NCBI GenBank assembly: GCA_024704765.1
Contig: JAKMXF010000308.1
Coordinates: 380,484 to 444,483, forward strand
DNA from: Oopsacas minuta
Taxonomy: Eukaryota > Animalia > Porifera
DNA length: 64,000 nucleotides
Direction: 5' to 3'
This document shows, in pieces, positions 1 through 11,633 of the stretch. The position numbers and the translations under genes were made by a program. The first letter of the stretch is position 1. Each line of letters begins with the position of its first letter. A model generated the notes under the pieces. That model saw nothing but the letters and a program-made list of their open reading frames with translations. It was not told the DNA's origin and did no database searches.

Positions 1-117
1 ATGAATTTTCGTCCAAGACTTAAATTAGTCTGAGCCAGCCCAAAATACCCCTGTGTGCAAATATCAGCCATGGGGGTCTTTCAGTTTCTTTAATCAATTC
101 GAACATACAAACATATA
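1..117 (+). repeat. 3' end of dispersed repeat family X (Helitron/Helentron-like non-autonomous repeat), cut by window start
   Basis: gtccaagactt...caaaatacccctgtgtgcaaatatcagcc...cagtttctttaatcaattcgaacatacaaac matches the reverse complement of ~17945-18090 and copies near 21320, 23210 and 26260. Confidence 0.6.
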
Positions 118-119
118 TA

Positions 120-1035
120 CAGTCAGGGGACAAAAGTATTCGACCACACAAATTTACTGTCATAAATTGTATACTCTTTCCCGCTCCTATATATTGTGTA
201 GTCTATATTCGTAGCTGCTATCTAGTAATTTGTATAGAATAACATATGTTTTTCAAGAATTTCAAAAAAAAATTTTCGATTTACACTTTTTGAAGGTGTT
301 AACTATTAATAAATATTAGATAATTATTGATATTCAAAATATGTGGTAATTCAAAGCCTATTAAGAATCTATAATTTCTGACTTGATATTTGAATTCTAC
401 GTAGGCGAGTTACCCCAGGTTGAAATTTCCAATCGGATTGAACAATTTTTACCAAAGTTGTAGAAGAATATCAATTTGTCCCACTTGTGCCACTTTTGGA
501 AAAGTGGCACAGGTGGCAGGAAAAAGCGCCATTACAAGGAAATCAACTAGGGGTAGGAGGAATAAATCGAAGTAACATTTTCGAATGATATGACTATGCT
601 AACCCTTGAATTACAAAATAACCTCTTGGTAGCGGCCACTTATGCCACCTTGGGCAAAAGATGGGACAAATTGCACAAATTGAAATTCATCTATAACTCT
701 GGTAAAAATTGTTCAATCCGATTGGAAATTTCAATCTAGGGTAACTCGCCTACGTAGAATTCAAATATCAAGTCAGAAATTATAGTTTCTTGATAGGCTT
801 TGAATTACCACATATTTTTGATTATCAATAATTATCTAATAATTATTAATAATTAACACCTTCAAAAAGTGTAAATCGAAAATATTTTTATGAAAATCTT
901 GAAAAACATATGTTATTCTATACAAATTACTAGATAGCAGCTACGAATATAGACTACACGATATATAGGAGCTGGAAAGGGTATACAATTTATGACAATA
1001 TATTTGTGTGTTCGAATACTTTTGTCCCCTGACTG
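120..1035. mobile_element. Tc1/mariner-type foldback MITE with ~360-400 bp inverted arms
   Basis: Ends CAGTCAGGGGACAAAAGTATTCG / CGAATACTTTTGTCCCCTGACTG; TA at 118-119 and 1036-1037; arms align through ~480 and from ~680; no coding capacity. Confidence 0.9.
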
Positions 1036-1286
1036 TATATACAGGTATCTCTTGCCCTTCGAGGGGGTTTCGTTCTTGTAAATTGCCGTGCACGACAAAT
1101 TCTATAACGGTGAGACTATAGCCTAAAGAGAATAGTGGGTTTACGTTCACAGATTTCAGGACAAGGCACAAACAGTTCCACTAATCACAATCAAATCAAT
1201 AATAGAGTTTCAATACTTGGTCGTGGCAAAGAATGGAAATCTTGTTTCTTGAAAATAGCTTTTTAGTCTTATAACATTTTAAAACA

Positions 1287-3013
1287 GGGTACAATTACAC
1301 TAATATACATCTCTTTATTGGTAAGAGATATCAAATCATTGTTAATAGATTTGAATAGAGTATGTTCGGAGAAGAATATTAATCGAAAGAAATCCAAAAT
1401 CGGATGACAACTGACAAAGTTGGAACATTTTTGGCTACTAAGCCAAATCTTACGGAGAAAATTGTATTATCGAATAGACGCAAATAATACTAATAGAATT
1501 GCTTGCGTTAGACCATGCAATATAATTGCATGTTAAGGTTAACAAGTAAGAGATTTTGAGCTCAGCTTAACTACGACAGTAACAATGTAATAAAAGGAAT
1601 ACGAAACCACACAAGATATACTTCTATGGCAAGCTAACCTTATCATATTACATTTTGCATTCGTCAACATAAATATAGTATTTTCCCATTTATCACTTTA
1701 GAATTAATTCAAACACGAATCCATGGCTGCTGCTTCACTAACATTTACTCCGATGTTAATGCCAATTGTTCTTCCAGATATAGGTGTTGTTCCGTTGAAA
1801 GGACTTTACCAAAGCATAGTTGCTGACCCGGGTGCAGTTACCAAATGATTGCAAGAAAATGGTCTTCTGGCAAGGGGAATGGTATGTAAATGCGAAGATT
1901 AATAAAGATAGGGAAATTTTCCCATGCTGCTGAAGAGCTAGGTTGGAGGTGCATGGAGAAAGCATGTAGAAAGGTAGCGCCACTTAGGGTAGGTTCATTC
2001 TTTGAGTCCTCTAACCTAAAACTTATAGAGCTCATTGAGTTTAACTTTCTCTGGTCAAAAGATTATCAGACTACTGAAACTTTTGAAGAAAATTTAGAAT
2101 GGTCAAGGTCCACGATTACAGATTGGAAAAACTATATGCGTGACCTATGTGTAACAAGGTATTATCGTACCCTGAGCCTATAGGAGGACCAGGAGAAATT
2201 GTGGAAATTGATGAAAGCAAATTTGGTCATTATCTACACTTATTCCATTGGTTAACGAAATTATTTGTCCAGGAAGTATCATAATGTCTGGCAAATGGCT
2301 TCCTGTAACCAAATACACCCCAGAACATTTCCTAATTATACAGTTAATTATGGCGAAAATTTTGTGGACCCAACAACAGGCGCGCATAAGCAAACCATTG
2401 AATTGGCTTGGGGCATTTTGAAACAAGAAACAGAAATTCGATGAGAACTAATCCGGAACTCATCGATACTTATCTGGCAGAACATTGCTGGAGGAAGAAA
2501 AATTGTTCAACAGTTTCAAGAACATCATTTCAGAAATTAGGTCACAGTATCCTGCAGTATAGACTCTCAATTTAGACATTATTATAATGCATGTTATACC
2601 TTGCTTACTGTGTAGATTTGTTAGAAATTCTTATGTGTATATACTGTATGAAACTAACTACAGAAGTTATCTTCTGAGGTTTCGCTTTCCTTTTGTTACA
2701 TTGTTACAGTCGTAGTTAAGCTGAGCTCAAAATCTCATACTCGTTAACCTCAATATGCAATTCTGCACATCCAATTATATTGCATAATCCAATGCAAGCA
2801 ATTCTATTAGTATTATTTGCGTCTATTCGATAATACAATTTTCTCTATAGGATTTGGCTTAGTAGCCAAAAATGTTCCAACTTTGTCAGTTATCATCCGA
2901 TTTTGGATTTCTTTCGATTAATATTCTTCTCCGAACATACTCTATTCAAATTTATTAACAATGATTTGATATTTCTTACCAATAAAAAGAGGTACATTAA
3001 CGTAATTGCACCC
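1287..3013 (+). mobile_element. Merlin (IS1016/ISXO2-like) DNA transposon with ~300 bp TIRs, internally deleted
   Basis: GGGTACAATTAC... at 1287 and ...GTAATTGCACCC at 3013; long inverted arms (~1287-1610 vs ~2680-3013); flanks share AAAACA (8-bp TAAAACAG/CAAAACAC if the ends are GGT/ACC). Confidence 0.88.
1723..2562 (+). pseudogene. Merlin/ISXO2-like transposase, frameshifted, with central deletion
   Basis: Motifs DWKNYMRDLC, GGPGEIVEIDESKF, TVNYGENFVDPTTGAH-QTIE; the segment between DESKF and the second acidic motif is missing. Confidence 0.88.
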
Positions 3014-4265
3014 AAAACACTAATATATTTTGGTATTAAGTTAAATGATATCTACAAGTATAATGCCAATGGGAAAAATACGAATGATTTCATGTGGTCG
3101 CATAGTTGCCAACTCTCACGGATTTATGTTTTGTAGACAGACTCACTTTTACTTTTGCATTCTCACTCTAAATATAATTGAAGAAAGGACAGTATTCCAT
3201 CGCTGCGATAGATATAAATCGTAATAGTTAGCCTTATTGTTTCTATCCTTCTAAAACCAATTCAAATTACAATAATCTTGAGACTTACGTAAGAATTCTA
3301 ATAAATGTGACGTAATGACACTATTAGGTCGCTTAAGAAAGTTATAATAACGCATAACCATTGACTATTACTAACTACATTTTTATACTTTGATGTCTAA
3401 CTTAAACGAAATCTCGAATGTATGAATAATACAGGTAGATTTCAATGGTCATCAAAGAACAAATCAGGATCTTTATAGATTCAATTCAAATGACTATAAC
3501 ATTAATAGAAATAATTTTGAAGACTTTTCCTTGCAACAGTATTAGCATGCATGAAGAATCCTCTAGTGTAACTCTATCCTGATGAATGGACAAATAGTAA
3601 ATACTACTCGTTTTACTTTACATTACAGATTTCATCCTGAGAGAGGTAATAAGACACGACCTTCAAAAGGGCAAAATTTTAGATTCATACTTCGTTTCCT
3701 TCTTTAGCAGTCCTTGTTAAGTAAATGTCAAAATATATTCCACAGTAGTTAATCCTTAAACTTAGCTTCGAAGTTTTAGTTCAGTTTTATATTCTATATA
3801 TTCTTATCTATAGTCCAATTAATGAATAGTTACATTTCTAAAGTTATGCGTGTACATAATTATTTCTTCATAAATGCCTCTATTCCCTGTTGTGCAGCCA
3901 AATGTTCGGGGGCCCGTGACCTAAGTAACATACTAAAATGGCGCAGCATGGCCTAGGGCCTACTTAAAATATAGTACTGTATATGTCACTGAGAAGGCTT
4001 GAAAACGAGAAAGCCAACAGGAAATGTGTTTTATCACATATCTCCAGAAATATATTGGAGCAGATGTATGTATTAATGACATATAGGGATAAACCATGTT
4101 CTCAGTGTTTTTAGTGCTTGACAGTTCTATATATTGACAGAGGCGTATAGTATACTTGAAACAATAGTTGATATGAATGGAATGTGAATATATTCCTGTG
4201 TTGCCCAAGCGGATACCGACAATTCGCACCACGACAATTCGCACCACCGACAATTCGCACCTAAT

Positions 4266-4777
4266 TTGATTGGCCTACTGTGTCCACTTGCCCAGCCTCA
4301 ACAGATGCTCCTGGACATTGAGAAGGGCCCGATTACCAGCTTTGAGCATGTCTGGCCTAACACAGTAGTGAAGTGCTGCTTCTTCCACCTCACACAGAAT
4401 TTCTGGCGACATGTGCAGTCTGTAGGGCTGCAGTCTGCCTACACACATGACGAAGAGTTAGCTATGTGCATCCGGAGGATACCAGCCCTTGCTTTTGCCC
4501 GACCAGCAGACGTACACGATCTGTTTGATCAAGTGGCAATGGACCTCCCCCTTACGTCTGAGATAGGCGAACTAGTCGACTACTTTGAGAGGACGTATAT
4601 CGGTCGCACGCTAGCCAGTGGATACCATGTAGCGGCGACGTTCCCCATCGACCTGTGGAACTACCACCTCAGCACGCCCTTCGGGCTCCTCCGTACAACC
4701 AACGCCGTGGAGGCATGGCACCACAGCTTCAATGCCACTGTCGGCTGCCATCACCCCACCATATGGAAGTTCCTCCT
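4266..4777 (+). pseudogene. MULE transposase internal fragment (left arm)
   Basis: LLDIEKG, CCFFHLTQN (CxxH), YFERTYIG, RTTNAVEAWH; no N-terminus or first catalytic D; runs into gap. Confidence 0.9.
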
Positions 4778-5219
4778 NNNNNNNNNNNNNNNNNNNNNNN
4801 NNNNNNNNNNNNNNNNNNNNNNNNNNNNNNNNNNNNNNNNNNNNNNNNNNNNNNNNNNNNNNNNNNNNNNNNNNNNNNNNNNNNNNNNNNNNNNNNNNNN
4901 NNNNNNNNNNNNNNNNNNNNNNNNNNNNNNNNNNNNNNNNNNNNNNNNNNNNNNNNNNNNNNNNNNNNNNNNNNNNNNNNNNNNNNNNNNNNNNNNNNNN
5001 NNNNNNNNNNNNNNNNNNNNNNNNNNNNNNNNNNNNNNNNNNNNNNNNNNNNNNNNNNNNNNNNNNNNNNNNNNNNNNNNNNNNNNNNNNNNNNNNNNNN
5101 NNNNNNNNNNNNNNNNNNNNNNNNNNNNNNNNNNNNNNNNNNNNNNNNNNNNNNNNNNNNNNNNNNNNNNNNNNNNNNNNNNNNNNNNNNNNNNNNNNNN
5201 NNNNNNNNNNNNNNNNNNN
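4778..5219. other. Assembly gap (442 N)
   Basis: Run of N; both flanking contigs end within 1 bp of the same point (…GGAAGTTCCTCCT) in opposite orientations. Confidence 1.
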
Positions 5220-5736
5220 TAGGAGGAACTTCCATATGGTGGGGTGATGGCAGCCGACAGTGGCATTGAAGCTGTGGTGCCATGCCTCCACGGCGTTGGT
5301 TGTACGGAGGAGCCCGAAGGGCGTGCTGAGGTGGTAGTTCCACAGGTCGATGGGGAACGTCGCCGCTACATGGTATCCACTGGCTAGCGTGCGACCGATA
5401 TACGTCCTCTCAAAGTAGTCGACTAGTTCGCCTATCTCAGACGTAAGGGGGAGGTCCATTGCCACTTGATCAAACAGATCGTGTACGTCTGCTGGTCGGG
5501 CAAAAGCAAGGGCTGGTATCCTCCGGATGCACATAGCTAACTCTTCGTCATGTGTGTAGGCAGACTGCAGCCCTACAGACTGCACATGTCGCCAGAAATT
5601 CTGTGTGAGGTGGAAGAAGCAGCACTTCACTACTGTGTTAGGCCAGACATGCTCAAAGCTGGTAATCGGGCCCTTCTCAATGTCCAGGAGCATCTGTTGA
5701 GGCTGGACAAGTGGACACAGTAGGCCAATCAAATTA
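5220..5736 (-). pseudogene. MULE transposase internal fragment (right arm, inverted copy)
   Basis: Same translation as the left arm except A>V (SNP at 4291 vs 5707). Confidence 0.88.
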
Positions 5737-7111
5737 GGTGCGAATTGTCGTGGTGCGAATTGTCGGTATTCCGTTGCCAAGGGAACGTGTTTTCATTTGT
5801 TTAAACTATAACTCAAAAACTATGAGTACTATGGCTCTAAAATGTATATCAGTAGTTCTCTAATAGTCAACTTCCTATTCACTAATAATATAGTTCATCT
5901 GCTCTTCATCCTTTTTGAGATATTTTGACATTTGCTATATAGATGGTAGTAAATACTATATGAGAAATGTCATAATATCTCAAAGATCACCGAAATCAAA
6001 TGAAATATACTATTAGTGAATAGGAAGTTGACTATTAAAGAACTACTGGTATACATTTTGGAACCATAGCACTCATAGTTTTTGAGTTATAGTTTAAACA
6101 AATGAAAACACGTTCCCTTGGCAACACAGGAATGTGTTCATATTCCATTCATATCAACTATTTTTTTCAAAATACTATTCGCCTCTGTCATTACATAGAA
6201 CTGTAAAGCACTAAAAACACTGAGAACATGCGTTAAACATGATTTGAAAAGCGGCCTTTTAGTTCTAAAAATAGCTTTTGCGAAACCACATGATGAGAAA
6301 TGATATTTGGGACAATTGTAATGCATATATCGATACCATATTCCAATATGTCATAAATATATACCTAAGCTCTATCATATATATTTCTCGAGATATGTGC
6401 TAAAAAATCACTTCCCTGTCGGCCTTAATGTATTGAAGCCTAGTCGGAAAAATACAGCCGTATATTAAGGAGGTCATGTGTGCAGATTCAGAAAAATAGG
6501 CGTGGGATATGTAACCAGGTTGACTAATAAATTGAGTGACTGTATATTACATAATATCTAAGCGTTTTGACTCGAAAATAAGTTTGGCAATTTAGTAAAG
6601 GAGAAAATTATCAAAGATAATATGTTAAAGTGTGTTCGATTTGTTCTGGTGACAACCACACATTATTCTTAGTGCCTAGTCATGCCGGGTTTTGTTTCAA
6701 CTTGATTTTCTGAAGCGTGTAGGCAGGGCCGTGAATAACCAGAACGGGCTCGGGTTGAGTTTTGATCCGGGCCTTGTTATATTTCACAACAATATTGAGT
6801 TTTACACTTGGATTCACAAACCTGCAGGAAGTTACTCGTACATTGCGCAAATTAAGTTTTAGAAGTCAAATGCTATCTAGCTAAATAAATTTCTTTAGAA
6901 TTCAAAACAATTGGAACAGTTAGCAAGCCTGGCACATCCCTTTCTATAATAACATTTTTTGCATTCCTCCCTTTACCAAATTTGTAATTGAAATATGGGA
7001 ACTATAGATTGTTTAATCAAGTCAAAGAGGCAGATATATGAGAACTAATACATTAGCATTTCCGTATTGTTAAGAGTGCGTATCGATTTTTTATGTTTAT
7101 TTGCAATAATA

Positions 7112-8384
7112 CAGGGTGGCCAATAGGTTCTGGCACATAACTTTATATCGTACCAAAATCTTTCATGATTTAGATTGATTGACGTTACTAGTTTGTATTT
7201 ATTCTGTTATCTCTCGCAATACAATATTTATTGAAAAATACACTATTTGAAAACCAGAACAAATTATCAGCTATGGAGAAAGAACGGTCGGCGATTGTTG
7301 AATTATTTCAAGATGGGGAAAAACAAAAGGAAATAATGAAACTTTGAAACATTCCACAGACACGTCGGAATTTCATAATCCGTACGATAAAACGCTTCAA
7401 TGAGACTGGTGGCGTGATCAGGACAGAGCCAGGACTGTTCGCCCGGCCTCCATCATGATCGTAAAGATGCGAAAGGTAGTGCGGAGTCGTGTGGCGAAAT
7501 CCTCAGCGATCGATCAGAAAAATGGCTAAAGAACTGAAAATATCCCTGTGGATCTCTTCAAACGATTGTCAAGAGAGTATCTTCCATTTCCTTTTAAACA
7601 AAACAAAGACAAAGAGGCTCTCAAGAAGCAAAGTCCTCCATTCACGATTCGCAGGCCAGGGGCTGGATCAAGTCCTTTTCTCCGATGAAAACTTTTCACA
7701 GTTGAACAAGCATTCAATCATCAAAACGATAGAATATTATCCAAAAGCACTTCTACCTGATGAGTACAGGTGCGTCAAAAGAGTCCAGAAACCACTCTCG
7801 TTGATGGTTTGGGCCGGAATATCTTCTGTTGGCCGGACACCACTGGTTTTCGTCCCTGCAGGGGTCAAAATTATGTTACAACGTATAAGGAGCTCATTTT
7901 ACAGCCCATTGTGAAAGATCTTGGTGAGATGATGTTTGAAAACCAGCCGTTCATATTCCAATAAGACGGTGCTCCTGCCCATACAGCAAACAGTACTCAG
8001 CGATGGCTTCAGACAAATATTCCTGACTTTATCTCAAAGGTAGAATGGCCGTCTTGCCCAGACCTCAACCCTCTAGATTTCTCAGTGTGGTCCATTTTGG
8101 AGTCAAGTGCTTGCTCGAAGTCCCATAACAGTATTGAGTCTCTATAGCAATCTCTGACGGGAGAATGGGCCAAAAATCCCCCAGGAGATGCTGCGCACCG
8201 CAGTGTGGGCAGTCCCCGGGCGTCTGAAGGCTGTTATCAAAAAGAAATGCGAATACATAGAATAGAGATTGTGCACAATAAAACTCATAATGCCTAACTA
8301 CTTATGCAAAATATCAACTCAATATAATGAATATTGGTTAAATTATAACAGTTATCTATGTGCCAGAACTTATTGGCCACCCTG
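7112..8384 (+). mobile_element. Tc1/mariner DD37D (maT-like) transposon, full length, defective
   Basis: 28-bp TIR CAGGGTGGCCAATA(G/A)GTTCTGGCACATA; TA at 7110-7111 and 8385-8386; disrupted ORF 7273-8265 with LFSDE, FQ*DGAPAH, WPSCPDLNPLDFSVW. Confidence 0.92.
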
Positions 8385-9199
8385 TATGTCCAATATGATG
8401 GGAAGTGGCACTTAGTGCAACTCTGATATCAAGTTCTACATCTAACCGATTCCTATGTTTGGTTTTGATGATATTATTTGGCTAAACGCAGCTTCTGACA
8501 CTTGACAAAATTCGATCTTTAGAGTGGAATCAACACGTAGTTAAATTATTCATCTTTTATGTTAAAATTATCATCTGAAATGAGATCAAGAGGAAATTTA
8601 ACCCACTGATTGCCTCTATACATCACCATATTAATTTCCAAGTACTGATCGAGAAAGTGTTAATGGAACATATTGACAAGATGTCGATGCGTTCGATTAA
8701 CAGACTCTAAAGTACACTCAATGGATTCTGCTCAGTGCCGTTACTACAGCAGAAACCATGTCAGCGAGATAAGATACTCAGGCTAAATTACTCATCTAAA
8801 AAGTATTATTCCAAAAAATTACCTTTAGCGGTATTGGATTTCTGGTATTTGACTACAGTTTTCGAGAAAAGGTGAGATTTTTCAAAAAATCACTTTGTAA
8901 ATATCTGAAAATTTTGTTCTCTTACATTATTTTCAAAAAATTTGAAAAAATCTCACATATTTAAATATACTACGTCATCAACACCCTGATATATTTCTAA
9001 AAAATTTTATATGTAGTGTTTTCTTTAATTTTTCCCAAATCTTCGAGATCTATTCATAGCTCAGATTACATGCTTCATTATACATCGTAAAAATTATCTA
9101 GTGTCTAAAATAAATCTATATATTGACGTTACATACCTTTTGTCATTCTACGTCACTATCTCGCAGATTTCACGCCTTTTTTGCTTTCTGGAATGTAGA

Positions 9200-9692
9200 A
9201 CAACTCGAGACTCCAGTTGAAGCTAGTCTCTTAGTCATGCAGACATTTATCTAAGCCTCTACTATTGCAGCTAAATTTGATTAGTTTGGAAATGCAATCG
9301 AAATGTCCCCGCTATTTATCAATTTCGATAGTACATCCTACAAGGGGCTATTCTTGTATTGCCTTCAATTTTTCGCCCAAACAATTTCCATCCTGCTTCA
9401 GTTTCCCTTCCATCAATGTCTGGTTGTGACATCATCATCATCACTAAAGTTGACATTTTGATAACACTATATTATTTTATTTGAATCTTCATTCTTTCCG
9501 TACCTTAGTTAGGCGATAGTTGAAGTTCGGTTTAGGGAGATGGCGAGAGTCAAAAACGGACATAGAAGAGACTAGATCAGTAAACTATCTAAAGAAATTG
9601 AAAATTTCCTCTTCCATGATCACAATGTGTTTTCCACAAAGCTGAGTATCATCTGTAAAAGCTAAAGAATGTTCTTGAACCAAGTGGTTCTG
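9200..9692 (-). pseudogene. hAT transposase (ZMYM1-like clade), 3' part
   Basis: Frameshifted peptides TTWFKN, TDLVSSMSVFDSRHLP, PDIDGRETEAGWKLF, LINSGDISIAFPN-LAAI; continues the fragment at 12931-13475. Confidence 0.7.
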
Positions 9693-10680
9693 CACAGTGT
9701 GGCAAAAATGACAATTATGGGGTAATGGGGACTTACACTGAAGATACAGTCCGTCAAGATGAAACTGAGACTTTTGTGTAATTGTGTATATTTTCAGAAT
9801 TTTTTCATTTGCTATGGTTAGATATGAGAAGCATTTGTTTTCTGATTCATTTATATATGTATATCAAGTTACCATTAGTTAATTGATTCAAAATACACGA
9901 ACAACCTATCAGTCTGCCACTAAGCATACACATTCCTGAAAATATCAGCTATATTTCCATAGGCCGCTCCAATATCAGTTTTTGGCTCATATTTGTCTTT
10001 GTGTCGAATTACGTAATCAGTATGGTGGAGTTAGAACGAAAGACCTCATCCCAAAATTATTCGATGTCGGGGTTACAAGTGGTAGCGAAATACATCAGCA
10101 TACAGCTATCCCGAGGAGCACTGTCTTCCGTATATAGCCAAATTTCGTCACGACGGTGATATACAGAGGAAATCTGAAACCGGAGAACAGAGAATATTAC
10201 ATGTGAACGATGCTAGATCTCTTGTAAGCTTGGGAAATCAGAATCGCAAGATGTCCATACGGAAATTGGCCAGTCGATTCAATCATCTTCGCCAGAAAAG
10301 TTTATCCCATGAGACGGTCAGGAAGGAATTACAGAGGAGAGGGTACACCCACAAGGTTGGAAGGAGTATTCCTGTGCTAACGGGTCGACGCCAACAACAA
10401 AGAGTATTGTGTGCTAAGAATAATAAACAAACTAACTGGGAGCGAGTTATTTTCAGCGATGAGAAGTCAATTTGGCTAGCTGGTTGCAGAATAAGGCTGT
10501 GGTGCAAAGGACACCAACAAGTGGTCAAGCAAAGCACCAAACATAGTCCAATATTACATGTTTGGTGAGCATTTTCTGCTCATGGGACCTTTCCGTTGAA
10601 GGTTTTTAGGCAGAACCTCACCGGAGAATTATATACGAACATCCTAAACGAGTGTCTGATTAGACAAGCTCAGGTATTGT

Positions 10681-11633
10681 CTGTTGCGTGAGATTTTAAC
10701 TCATTAGTATTATTGGACCAGGGACAGCCTTTCACCGTGAGATTTTAACTCATCTATATTAAATGACTGTGAATTTGCAGGATATTCGACCAGGATCATT
10801 TCAATCGCTAATTTGTCCTACTTGTACTCATCAGATTTACCCGAAATTAATATCATTCGGTAGAAGAGTGTTGGAAGTTGTATAAAATATAATTTTCTTA
10901 AACATTTTTAAACTTTTACATATATATTTTGTCATGATGAGTAGGGTCGCTTCTCTATCAAATCGACGACCTAAAAGTGAGAATACAAATCTGAAATTTT
11001 GTGTCTATATTTGTGACCCATGCACAGTGTGGCAAAATGGCCATAATGGGGAAATAGGTAAATGAATCTGTATTATCACCGCAATTATACTTACACATAC
11101 TCTATCGACACTGTAGATTTCAAAAATACCAATGATTTTTTAGTAGCACGACTATAAACCTAGTTATGACGTAATTACTGACATTTTCTAATTTTTAACA
11201 CTTGTGGTTCATTAGTGAGGATATTATGAAAGTTGATAATACATGCATGTCATGGTCTCTATTCTGCTATTTGATAACGTACAATTTAAAGACCCTTAAT
11301 TATGTATGACTATTGGATATACTTATTATCATAAATCATCTGATAGTATACTATTATATAATATCTCTTGGAGGCTATTTGCAACGTCTCTTTTCTTCTT
11401 TGCGTGCATCAAACGATTCTGTACTAAGATGGGGTCACTACAACATAACAACCTGACTAAAATATCNGAGTACAAGTAGGACAAATTAGTGATTGAAATG
11501 ATCCTGGTCGAATATCCTGCAAATTCACAGTCGTTTAATATAGATGAGTTAAAATCTCACGGTGAAAGGCTGTCCCTGGTCCAATAATACTAATGAGTTA
11601 CAATTTCACATGAGTTAGAATCTCACGCAACTG
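10681..11633. mobile_element. Tc1/mariner-type MITE with ~150 bp TIRs inserted in the Tc1 ORF
   Basis: C(A/T)GTTGCGTGAGATTTTAACTCA arms with repeated GTGAGATTTTAACTCA motif; removing it restores Q-A-Q-V-L-Y-P-D-G-W; TA site degenerate on the left. Confidence 0.88.
11023..11400 (+). mobile_element. Second, truncated CACAGTGTGG-ended element inside the MITE
   Basis: CACAGTGTGGCAAAATGGCCATAATGGGG resembles the 9693 end; right end not found, end coordinate approximate. Confidence 0.45.

Larger units (their letters stand above)
4210..5773. mobile_element. Palindromic Mutator (MULE) derivative: ~560 bp inverted arms made of terminal repeats plus a transposase fragment, centre in N gap
   Basis: Ends CGGATACCGACAATTCGCACC / GGTGCGAATTGTCGGTATTCCG; GACAATTCGCACC repeats x3 left and x2 right; TSD TTGCCCAAG (4201-4209) / TTGCCAAG (5774-5781). 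Confidence 0.75.
3957..6475. mobile_element. Foldback MITE (long imperfect inverted arms) interrupted by the Mutator hairpin element
   Basis: ~4010-4209 plus 5774-5900 is the reverse complement of ~6000-6425; ends approximate. Confidence 0.7.

Noticed and set aside
1060-1280. Possible Penelope GIY-YIG endonuclease relic (DKFYNGET…SILGRG…LFLE)
   Set aside because: Needs several frameshifts and key residues are missing; too weak without an HMM search
3600-3730. Possible micro-exon (TTACAG…GTAAT)
   Set aside because: Splice-like motifs are common in AT-rich DNA; no supporting frame or neighbouring exons
4217-4261. Short direct repeats resembling a CRISPR array
   Set aside because: 13-bp units with 2-5 bp spacing in eukaryotic DNA; they are MULE subterminal repeats
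4266-5780. ORF-track entries of 171-389 aa
   Set aside because: Lengths are inflated by the N gap; only the transposase fragments are real
8733-8760. CAGTGCCGTTACT as the terminus of the ZMYM1-like hAT
   Set aside because: Plausible hAT-like end, but no partner TIR or TSD to confirm it
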